The notes below the pieces were generated by a model that was not told the origin of the DNA, searched no databases, and saw only the letters and a program-made list of their open reading frames with translations. A DNA stretch of 64,000 nucleotides from Schmidtea polychroa (lineage: Eukaryota), in the NCBI GenBank assembly GCA_044892525.1, contig CM097885.1, forward strand, positions 51,834,001-51,898,000, given 5' to 3'. Position numbers and translations under genes: made by a program. Below, one piece after another: positions 54,575-64,000 of this stretch (positions are counted from its first letter, which is position 1; the number at the start of each line of letters is the position of its first letter).

Positions 54575-57500
54575 CAGGCCCGGTTTTAGGCATAGGCGAC
54601 GTCGGCAGCAGCCTAGGGCGCCGATTTACAAGCGGGCGCCAAATAGTTCTGCTTTTTTTATCAAGTAAATTAAATATTTTATAAACTTTCTATCTTTATA
54701 TTGATATATACATATGTATGAATTTGTATATATATATATATATATATGTATGTACGTAAAACATGTAATTCCATCGTTGTTTTAGTCCGATACCGATTAC
54801 TTATTTCTTTTAAAATTTAAAAAAATACAACGGAAAATCGATTTAAAAAAATATTTTGCAAGTTCAAAAAAGTTAACTGAAAAGCGGTTTTAAAAAAAAT
54901 TTAGCATATAGCATGCTCTGAAATTTTTTTAAATTACGCAATAATTTTTAGTTTTATTTTAAAAGAATAAAGTCACATGCAGTAAAGTTTTAAAAGACTA
55001 AAGTAAATGTTAAAAAAGTTAAAAAATAAATAAACAGAAAGTGAAAAAAAAATAAAATTTAATTAGTGCAGGGCTCAAATTTTTTTTATTTAAAGTATAT
55101 ATAATTTCGGTCGTACTTCCAGTATAATTTTTACATATATACAACACAGTAATTTAATTTATATTGGATTTTTCTACACCTATTATTAAATCTATTATAT
55201 TCTATTAATTTTTACTTGAGGTAGCATAATGGCAGATAGAAAAAAATTATCTGGCGCACAAAATAGAAAACGTAAAGCTGAAAAGAAAAATGAAGAAAAA
55301 AAGCAAGAAGGTGCTTTTCTGAAATATATTTGTCGTCAACAATCACAAGATAAAAATCGAAATGAAATGACTCCGAGAAAACAAGTATACTGCAATTTGG
55401 AAGAGCAAATGGATAGGAACTCTACAACTAGAAATGCAGAGGTGCCTATTTTGACTGAGTTTCCACATACGAATGTGGAAGAAACTATAGAAGAAACTGA
55501 AGTTGAAACAATTGAAGAAACTGTTGAAGAACCTATAGAAGAAATTGTATTAGAAACTATAGAAGACACTGAAGAAATTTTAATTAATGAAACTTTGGAA
55601 ATATTAGAAAGCGTAAATTCGAGTCTTGATTATAGTGATCCGGCAACTTGGTTAAATTCACATGACTTACGTTCTGGCCGTTTGAGGCAAATTTTGGTTG
55701 AACACGGACCAGAACAAATTGAAGAATTTGATTTTCCTCAAAATGAGAGCCATAGAAAATTTTCAATGAATTTTTATAGAAGGAGACTTGCAAATGGAGA
55801 AGAAATGCGGCGTCATTGGCTACAGTATTCCAAAACAACTAATTCGGCTTTCTGCTTTTGTTGCAAAATTTTTAATAATAACCAGCGTGTAATACATCTC
55901 TCCGATAAAGGATCAAGCGATTGGAAAAATATGTCTGTAATTTTAGAAAGACATGAGAAAAATAAGGATCATTTAATTAATTTTCAAACTTGGAAGGAGC
56001 TAGAATTGCGTTTAAAAAAGAATAAAACTATTGACCAGGATAATTTGCGTCTCATAAAACAAGAAGAGAGACACTGGCAACAAGTCTTAGAGCGTCTTAT
56101 AGGTCTAGTTAAAGTGCTTGCTACGCAAAATATTGCATTTCGCGGAAGCAATGAAAAATTGTATTCTCCTGGAAATGGAAACTTCCTTAGCTTTGTAGAA
56201 TATTTGGCCTCTTTTGATCCAATTATGGGTGAGCATCTTCGCAGAATAAAGAACAATGAAACACAAGTTCATTATTTGGGAAAAGATATTCAGAATGAGT
56301 TAATACAACTTTTATCTAAGAGTATTAAAACAAAAATTTTAAAATCGATTTCCATGGCTAAATATTTTTCAATAATCCTGGATTGCACACCAGACGTTAG
56401 CCATACTGAACAAATGACGTTGATTATTCGTTTTGTCCATACAAATACAGAAAATTGTGATTTAGATCCCATATGCATAAGAGAACATTTTTTGGGATTT
56501 GTGAAACTAACAGATACAACTGGTGCTGGTATGACCGATGAAATCGTTCAGATGTTAGCAGATATGTCATTACCTATTGAGAACTTGCGTGGCCAAGGAT
56601 ACGATAATGGTAGCAATATGAAAGGCAAAGAAAATGGCGTGCAACGGCGAATTCTGAATCTAAATCCACGAGCACTATTTGTTCCTTGTTCTGCGCATTC
56701 TTTGAATCTGGTTGTTAATGACGCTGTAAGCTGTTGTTTAGATGCTACATCATTTTTTATGTTAGTGCAACGAATATATGTCTATTTTGCCGCTTCAACA
56801 CGTCGATGGGAAGTTTTAAAACGTCATGCTTCAAACTTGACAGTGAAGCCATTGAGCGATACAAGATGGGAGAGCCGAATCGATGCCCTTAAACCTCTAC
56901 GCTATCAGCTAAGTAAAGTTATTGCTGCACTTATTGATATTTTTCAAGATACTTCTCAAACAGGAGTTTCTGGTAATACTTCACGTATAGAAGCACAGGG
57001 CCTTGCTAAAGCTATTTCGAATTTCGAGTTTGTAGTTTCTGTTATTATCTGGTATGATATTCTTTTCAACATAAATATTACAAGCAAACAACTTCAATCT
57101 GAGAAAATTAATATTCAAGATGCTATGAATTTCTATTCAACTCCCGATATGATGAAGGTTTTGAAAGAATATTGGTAGATGCGCGAGAACTTGCTGAAGA
57201 ATCAGAAATTTCCCCAATCTTTAAACAAACTCAGCGTATCAGAAAACAAAAAAAACAGTTCGAATATGAAGCCAACGATGAGCCCATTCAGAACCCAAAA
57301 GAAAAATTTAAGATCAGTTTTTACTTCGCAGTTTTGGATAGAGCTTTAAAATCTGTTGAGCAAAGATTCACCCAAATGTCAACGATAAATTCAACATTTG
57401 GATTTCTATACAACATACATAATTTGCAATATATTTCGTCAAAGAAAATATTAGAGGATTGTCTTAAACTGGAAAATTTTTTACGGCACGATGATTCTAA

Positions 57501-58014
57501 AGATATTGATGGTACAGATTTATTGAACGAATTGATATTTATAGCTAGACATATTCCAAAAAACTTATTGCCGGAAGATGTACTTAATTATATTTGTAAA
57601 AATAATATAGTGGACAGCGTTCCAAATATATTTGTTGCTTTGCGAATTTTATTAACCCTACCAGTTTCTGTGGCAAGCGGTGAACGAAGCTTTTCGAAGC
57701 CTAAACAGATCAAAACATATATAAGATCTACAATGTCACAAGAACGGCTTGTGGGATTAGCAATATTGTCGATTGAACACGAAATGGCGCGTGATATAGA
57801 TACGAAGTTGCTGCTTGAAGATTTCGCTAAACTAAAAGCACGAAAAATTAAATTTTAAATGGTTTTTGTTTTTATATATATTTTTGTGTAATAAATAAAT
57901 GAAGTATAGTTATTTTATTTTCATTTACTTCTTTAATTATTGGGTTTGTTTCTAGACTAGAGGCGCCATTTTTTTAGTTTGCCTAGGGCGCCAAATACTC
58001 TAGCGTCGGGCCTG
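54575..58014 (+). mobile_element. Full-length hAT transposon (ZMYM1-like/Tip100-type), 3440 bp
   Basis: Perfect 8-bp TSD CTTAGGTT (54567-54574, 58015-58022), TIRs CAGGCCCG....TAG, and GCCTAGGGCGCC subterminal motif at both ends. Confidence 0.95.
55229..57858 (+). pseudogene. hAT transposase with a single frameshift near 57125-57130
   Basis: ORFs of 649 aa and 228 aa. TTF-type zinc finger (WLQYS...FCFCC...HE...H), FRG...GNF, ILDCTPD, GQGYDNG, VPCSAHSLNL, TRWESR and SGERSFS. The second frame is open from ~57127 (EFLFNSRYDEGFE). Confidence 0.93.
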
Positions 58015-58022
58015 CTTAGGTT

Positions 58023-58890
58023 CATTGTGTTTTAATAAACATTGCTCTCATGGTATCATCTGTGACATTGCATCTGTATTTATATGCTCGTCTCTCTTCC
58101 TTTCTATAATAATTGCAAAATCCTAAAAATATTTGTAATTCTTTTTTAAAATTTGGTGTTTCCCATTTATTTATATTTGCAATCTTCTTTGGATCCGTTT
58201 TTAATCCCTCTTGGTTTATTAAATGACCCCAATATTTCTTACTTCTGATTTTAGAAATTTGCATTTAGTTGCAGATAACCTTAATCCGGAGAATCCAATT
58301 CAACTTATGATTGTATTATTCGATTAAATTCCCGAAAATAAGTATACCCTCTAAATAAATAACGCAATTTATCCAATTTTACTTTCTTAATACTATATTC
58401 ATCAGTTTTTGAAAAGTTGCTGGTGCTCCACATAATCCAAATGGCATTCTAACAAATTTATATTAACGTATCTTGCATTATTTACTATTATTTGTAAGTC
58501 TTTTTGATCAACTTTTATCTTATGATGTCCACTAGATAAATTAAATGCTGGGAAATACCTTGCTCCTCAAATATTGTCAAATAAATTGTCTGATGGAATT
58601 GGAAATATTGATCTAGATCAGCCATGGCCAACTGGTCACAATTTTAAACATCAAATCAATAATTGTCTTTTTTAGAATTCATATTCGAATTAAGCATGTT
58701 TTTAATTTAAAAAATTGATTCTAAGTTTACTTGAATCGTAAAAACGAGTTATATTTATTTAAATGAATTTATTGTGGCCCGTGATAGTATTTTTCCGAAA
58801 TTTTGGCCCTTCGATTGATTTGGGTTGGCCACCACTGATCTAAATGCCTTTAGTGCTCGATAATCAACACATATTCTTAGTGTCATCGTT
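58023..58890 (-). pseudogene. Ty3/Gypsy reverse transcriptase remnant
   Basis: RICVDYRAL, FPIP, KFVRMPFGLCGAPATFQKLM, YWGHLINQEGLKTDPKKI and LQIFLGFCNYYRK. Confidence 0.9.
58619..58837. mobile_element. hAT Charlie-type MITE inserted in the Gypsy RT
   Basis: TIRs CAGCCATGGCCAAC / GTTGGCCACCACTG and TSD ATCTAGAT / ATCTAAAT. Confidence 0.85.
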
Positions 58891-59695
58891 ATTTAAACGG
58901 TTTTCGTGATGACAATAAACATAGGGGATTATGAGATAAAAATCGATTGGGCTACCTTTAAATAAGAATTTAGAAACAGTAACTCCTACTTTCGTTTTCC
59001 CTGTTTTCCCTGTAAGCAATGTTCATTTTTAAAGACACTTACCGATCTCTTCAGGTTTACTTTTAATTAATAATTTTACGTGGGAAATACTTATAAAAGT
59101 TTTTTACGTCTTGTTTGTTTAACCTAATTTCTTCTGGAAATTAATGATACTTCAATTAATATTGTTTTTGCCTTTTTTAAAAATAATTATAAATGAAAAT
59201 AACTATGACAGGTGCTGATCATCTTTCTTTTTCTTCCGCTACTTATTGTTACTTGTGAAAAAGAGAAAAAGACCATGATTACTTTATCGGAATCTTTTTG
59301 GGAGCAGCTTGCTCAAAATGTAATCTTTCGAGACAAATAAGGTTTGAATTTTCCATTGTGTTGCATAATTTGAGGAGGCATGATCTTCATTATATCTTCA
59401 AGTTCGGTTTTCTATTTGGAAAATCGGATCTATCCATATAACAATTATTGGCAATTCATTAATAGTTCCTGTCAAAAAAAAATTGGAAAATTTAAATGAG
59501 TTACCGATAATAATAAATTTAATAATTTAATTAGTTTTATTTGAAATTTGTATCTCAGAGGAACTTTGTTTTGTTTTCATATTGTCATATATTGAAATAT
59601 ATATCATTTGCAAATCTTTTATTTTGAGTTTTATAATTTACTACGCTTTGTCGACATTGAAATTCTCAAAAAGAGCTTTCTAAGATGGCTGCAAT

Positions 59696-60760
59696 CAGTG
59701 CCGGATTAACCATTAGGCTAAGTAGGCTTAAACCTAGGGCCTACAAATCTAGGGGGGGCTACTTTGGAGATGTTTGAAATTAATAATTAAATTTTATGTT
59801 TAAAATTATACACTATTGACTATTGAGCATTCGAACACTTTAACTCACTTAGAGTGTTGGTTTTTTTTGTGCTAACTATTTTTTGTCTATCTATTTTTTG
59901 TCCTTTTGTTCAACTATATATCTCTATTTATATTAATTTAAAGATACTATAATTTAAAGATTCTATTTATAGACTATAAATAGAATTAGTATCTTTAAAT
60001 TAATATAAATAGAGATATATGGTTGAACAAAAGGTCAAAAGGAAAAAAATACTATACTTAGAAAATAGTATTTAAACAAAAATAGGTAGTAAAAATAGTA
60101 AATAAATAACTACTATAAATTATAGTAATTATTTATTTACTATTTTTACTACCTATTTTTGTTTAAATACTATTTCTAAGTATAATAATTTTTATTTACT
60201 ATTTATACTCTATTTCTTATTATAGTAATTATTAATGATTTATTTATATATTTTTTAGTCTGTATATTTAAAAATGTATATTATGTGGCTTTGTTTATAT
60301 TTTCTTATTTAATTTTAGATACTAATTTAGCATGAGCAAAAAATTTGAAATTGGCGCTTGCAAGCACAAGAGAATGAGACTTCAAAAGCGTAGGTAAAGA
60401 ACATCACACCAATCACTGCTTACACGCATGCATCAACTAGTACTACTCAACATCAACTGGAAGAAAATCTCACTGAAGCGGTACACTCAGCTGTATGTGA
60501 GGAAACAGCCATTGCACAAACTCAAAATGAAAATACGGAACTAATTACTTACTGAAGACGAAGATAGAAACGAGACACAAGGAAATTTATCTACTGTAAT
60601 AGACATTGGCTTGTGGTCGGATTTATCACAAAATGACGTATCATATTGGATAGAGAAAGGCCCTTCTCAAATTCAGCATCATTGTGGACCATTTTTAAAT
60701 TCTAAGCGAGTTTATACGAATCAGTCCAGGATTTGTACAAAATCTATTTTTTTATTCAAC
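59696..60760 (+). mobile_element. 5' part of another ZMYM1-like hAT element
   Basis: Left TIR CAGTGCCGGATTAA with a CCTAGGGCC subterminal motif. Transposase N-terminal remnant from 60332 (DIGLW...YWIEKGP...GPF..SKR). Truncated where Polinton sequence begins. Confidence 0.7.
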
Positions 60761-60881
60761 AAGAGTTTTTTACAGGCGACTCGGTTGGGCTCAACAAATT
60801 TCTAACAATAACAAATTAGCAAAGCAACTAGTTTATAAGTTAATAAGAACATATTCTAGATATGATCATACGTAACAATAC

Positions 60882-61939
60882 CTATACCAGAACTGTTATA
60901 TTTGCAGTAATTTGTATCTCATTTTCAAATACTACATATATTATAACATGCACAGGTTCTGCAATAGCTTTTGCAAACTTTATATCTAATCGTAAATTTC
61001 CATTTTGAGGTGATTGACTCTGATTTAAATCAAAATCAGGTGCAAAAACAAATGTAAAGAACGGATATTTGGTTTCGAATCCTTCAAGATTTATATCACA
61101 ATTCAAATTTTTATCTAAATAGCCCATATTTCTCACGATACTTTGCATATATGTAGCAGAGTAATTATCATTACCAAAATCTTGATTATATGTTTCTCTA
61201 TAATCATTATTTTTCGATAATGACAAGGATGTAACACCAAGAGTTTTGAAAATTGAGCTTGAAGTACTGTATAGTCCATTATATTGAGTTTCAGATTGAA
61301 ATGTTATCAGAATAAAGTTTGGCATTCTTCTATCTCCAAATATTTGTTCCTTATAGAAGGAAGAAGCACCTTTGGCAATTGCAAATGAAACAATTTCGTT
61401 AGTTTTCAGTGGATAGATTGCGTGCTTAGAATTAAGACCCAACTGATGACCTGCTAATACCGACGGATCAACTCGAACTCGTCTTACTAGTAATTTTGCA
61501 TCAACCAATTGATATATTGGTTGACCATTAGCATTAGTTAGTGATAATGCAGAATCGGTTCTTTTCAACCTAATGTGTACATTGACTCCTGGAAATAAAT
61601 ATTTTGGTTGATCTAGAAAATCTAGCTGTAATGATGAGCTCATGGTAAAAATCTTTGAGCCCTTAATCCACTTTTTTCTTTCGTCATCAGTTCCGCATAG
61701 CCCATTGGAGTAAGACATGTATTTTTAGTATCGGTATTATAATTTAAAATAGTTTCTATTATCGCCTTGTGAATATATGTATTGTTGCCACCTTCAATCT
61801 TGATATTATTAAATTCAAGTATAGCATCTTTAGAAAGCGTATGAAACAAGAAATTATTAGGTATCGTAGCATCAGCATCACCCAAAGCCTTTTTCTCTTA
61901 TCTACAAGGAGATGTTAAAATTGGTTTCCAAATATCCAT
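60882..61939 (-). pseudogene. Polinton major capsid protein (double jelly-roll), disrupted
   Basis: NNFLFHTL...NTYIHKAIIETILNY, LQLDFLDQPKYLFPGVNVHIRLKR and GNLRLDIKF...VIIYVVFENEIQI. Frameshift near 61700 and an apparent deletion shortly after the ATG at 61939. Confidence 0.88.
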
Positions 61940-61955
61940 TTTTATTTATTATAAA

Positions 61956-62468
61956 ATGACAACTGAAGAATCTTTACAAGAATTAATAAATTCAAATAAA
62001 AATAAATCAGTAGTAATTGATGGTAAAAAATATTTTATTGGAAAACATGTAAAAGAACAAGTTAAAGATAGACTGAAGCGGACTTCGTCCAAAGAAGGTG
62101 GTATTCTTCCCCTAATGGGTTTAATACCTGCAATCATTGCAGGTTTATCAGGTGCAGCTGGAATAGCTGGAGGAATTGCATCTACAGTTCAAAAAGCTAA
62201 AGAATCTCAAAAGACAGACTTGGAAAAAGAAAAATTACAAACTGAAATCGATTCAATGAAAAAGAAGGGTAAGGGGCTATATCTCAATCCTTATAAAGGT
62301 CGAGGTTTAAATGATTTTTTAAAAAATCAAATTTCTACATCTGAATCTTTATCTTCGAAAGATAAAGATGATTTTAAAAAAAAGTGTAAATCTTTAAAGA
62401 ATGGATGCCTCTGTAAATTTAAAAATGGTAAAGGTTTATATTTAAAACCTTATAAAAATGGTATATGA
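61956..62468 (+). CDS. Polinton protein with adenovirus pX-like hydrophobic segment
   Basis: EGGILPLMGLIPAIIAGLSGAAGIAGGIASTVQ resembles adenovirus pX GGILPLLIPLIAAAIGAVPGIASVA. Repeated GKGLYL.PY motifs. Confidence 0.75.
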   Translation: MTTEESLQELINSNKNKSVVIDGKKYFIGKHVKEQVKDRLKRTSSKEGGILPLMGLIPAIIAGLSGAAGIAGGIASTVQKAKESQKTDLEKEKLQTEIDSMKKKGKGLYLNPYKGRGLNDFLKNQISTSESLSSKDKDDFKKKCKSLKNGCLCKFKNGKGLYLKPYKNGI

Positions 62469-63291
62469 AGAAAGATTAGCACTTTTAAAAAAATTACAAT
62501 CAGAACAAGACACTTATAATAAAAAAGATACAACCCAACATAGTGAATCTATAACAGCAAATGAAGAAATGACGCAACAACAACAACCAACAATTAAAGC
62601 TATACAAGGATTAGAATATAAAGCACTGGAAGATAAAGGTTTGAAGATCAAAGGTTCAAAGATCAAAGAATTGGAGTGGCATACCGAAAGAAATCAAGGA
62701 AAACGTAGAAGAACCTCTAATGTGGAAGAAGAAGAAATGTTTTTAAAAACAAAACCTCTTAAAGTTGATCCTAAAATTAGAGAGGGTTTAAGTGATTCAA
62801 TTAGGCCCACATTTAATACTAATGCTGAAGGATATCAAATAATAACAATTAATAAACAAAACTTTACTTTATATACAACTCCAGAAAATAAATCACATAT
62901 TCATTCACAAAATGTTTATAATAATGAATATTTAGACTTTGAATTTACAGATGATTTTTATAGATTAATTTGTGGATATCCTTCAGATGATATTAAAGAA
63001 ATTGAAAAATTTTTAAATTTTATAAAATTAGTAGGTGGTAGTCCAAAAGCAAAACATATTCAAGATTTAAAGAATTATTTAAATAAAAATGAAAGGGGTT
63101 ATATTGTTAAAGAAGGTGAGGGGCTAGCCGAATCAAACCCAATCAATCTTTTTATTGAATTAAGAAAACTATTAGCAGCTAAAAAAGCAGGACATAATAA
63201 TTTAGATTCTAATATTTTAAAGATTTCTAAAGAATTATTAAAACAAGAAATAATTTCAAAAGATAAATTTAATAAATATACAAATGACTAG
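62458..63291 (+). CDS. Conserved Polinton protein (putative core protein)
   Basis: 277-aa ORF ending GEGL..SNPINLFIELRKLLAAKKAGHNN...I.KELL..EII, a C-terminal motif common in Polinton ORFs. Confidence 0.7.
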   Translation: MVYEERLALLKKLQSEQDTYNKKDTTQHSESITANEEMTQQQQPTIKAIQGLEYKALEDKGLKIKGSKIKELEWHTERNQGKRRRTSNVEEEEMFLKTKPLKVDPKIREGLSDSIRPTFNTNAEGYQIITINKQNFTLYTTPENKSHIHSQNVYNNEYLDFEFTDDFYRLICGYPSDDIKEIEKFLNFIKLVGGSPKAKHIQDLKNYLNKNERGYIVKEGEGLAESNPINLFIELRKLLAAKKAGHNNLDSNILKISKELLKQEIISKDKFNKYTND

Positions 63292-63739
63292 TCCGAAGGT
63301 CGTTCCGAAGGCTTTCTCAATATTAGATTTTTTAAAAACATTTGGAATAAATACAAAAAGAAATTTTGATTTAAAAGATTATGCAGATTATTTAAATTTA
63401 AAAATTAAAATATTAATGAATGATGAATTGTCAAGTCTGAAAGGACTAAAGGATAATATAATAATCAATTATCAAAATTCAAATGAAAAAGGATCTCATT
63501 GGGTTTGTATATATAATAAATCTATATACTTTGATTCTTTTGGGATTAAACCCACTAAAGAAGTAGAAGACTATCTTGAAAAAGGCTACACCTTTAATTC
63601 TTTACAAGTTCAACCTAATAATACTAAAATATGTGGTATTACAAGTTTATATGTTTTGTATAGATTAAATACCTCAAAAGGGGCTGCTTTTGAATCTATA
63701 ATCCAAGAAATTTATAAAGATCTAAAACCTCTATTATAA
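63284..63739 (+). CDS. Polinton adenain-like cysteine maturation protease
   Basis: IINYQNSNEKGSHWVC...YFDSFG...LQVQP..TKICG, with the His-Asp-Gln-Cys catalytic residues in the expected order. Confidence 0.92.
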   Translation: MTSPKVVPKAFSILDFLKTFGINTKRNFDLKDYADYLNLKIKILMNDELSSLKGLKDNIIINYQNSNEKGSHWVCIYNKSIYFDSFGIKPTKEVEDYLEKGYTFNSLQVQPNNTKICGITSLYVLYRLNTSKGAAFESIIQEIYKDLKPLL

Positions 63740-63749
63740 TCTTTAAAAA

Positions 63750-64000
63750 ATGGAAGATAATTTTAAAAAAATGGTAAACATAATGTCAGATAAATATTCA
63801 AGAAGTTTATTAATAAATTCAAATGAATCAGATTTTACTATAAATTTTGAAGATTCAATAAATTTAGATCAAAATTTAAATTATGAATTAGGACTCTTGT
63901 GGTTTAGCTGCTTTAATACTATTTTTAATATAAATATTAATAATAATAAATTTCTTATAATTAAGAGGTATATTAACCCCAAGACAATGATAAATACTGA
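63750..64000 (+). CDS. Polinton minor capsid (penton-like) protein, 5' part
   Basis: Not in the ORF track because it is open to the window end. MEDNFKK...SDFTINFEDSINLDQNLNYELGL..F..FNTIFNIN.NNNKF is typical of the minor capsid N-terminus. Confidence 0.7.
   Translation, partial: MEDNFKKMVNIMSDKYSRSLLINSNESDFTINFEDSINLDQNLNYELGLLWFSCFNTIFNININNNKFLIIKRYINPKTMINT

Larger units (their letters stand above)
60882..64000. mobile_element. Polinton/Maverick (adintovirus-like) virion morphogenesis module, continuing beyond the window
   Basis: Tightly packed MCP, pX-like, core-protein, protease and minor capsid genes. Confidence 0.9.

Noticed and set aside
55336..56478. Minus-strand ORFs inside the hAT transposase, and 61949-62137 inside the pX-like gene
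   Set aside because: Antisense shadows of real coding frames.

Overview
Very AT-rich eukaryotic (probably invertebrate) genomic DNA made almost entirely of transposable-element debris and (AAT)n microsatellites. No intact host gene is visible; there is one probable ST13/Hip pseudogene. The dominant feature is an 18,003-bp, apparently non-coding palindromic element (26179-44181). It has Polinton/Maverick-type ends (5'-AGTAG...CTACT-3') and a perfect 6-bp target-site duplication (AATGAT). It consists of two ~8.5-kb inverted arms built from modular tandem arrays, each containing a nested TIR element, around a ~0.9-kb spacer. It reads as a virus-genome-sized, snap-back-like non-autonomous Polinton derivative. 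A real Polinton virion module (MCP pseudogene, pX-like protein, conserved core protein, adenain-type protease, minor capsid protein) runs off the right edge, and a pPolB N-terminal fragment lies at ~49 kb. A 538-bp element inside an (AAT)n tract carries two tandem minimal type I hammerhead ribozymes 378 nt apart (Penelope/retrozyme-like), each preceded by an exact U1-snRNA-5'-end sequence. The rest comprises Ty3/Gypsy, piggyBac, pogo/Tigger, Merlin and several hAT elements and MITEs, many with readable TIRs and TSDs. All family calls come from motif recognition by eye, with no database search.
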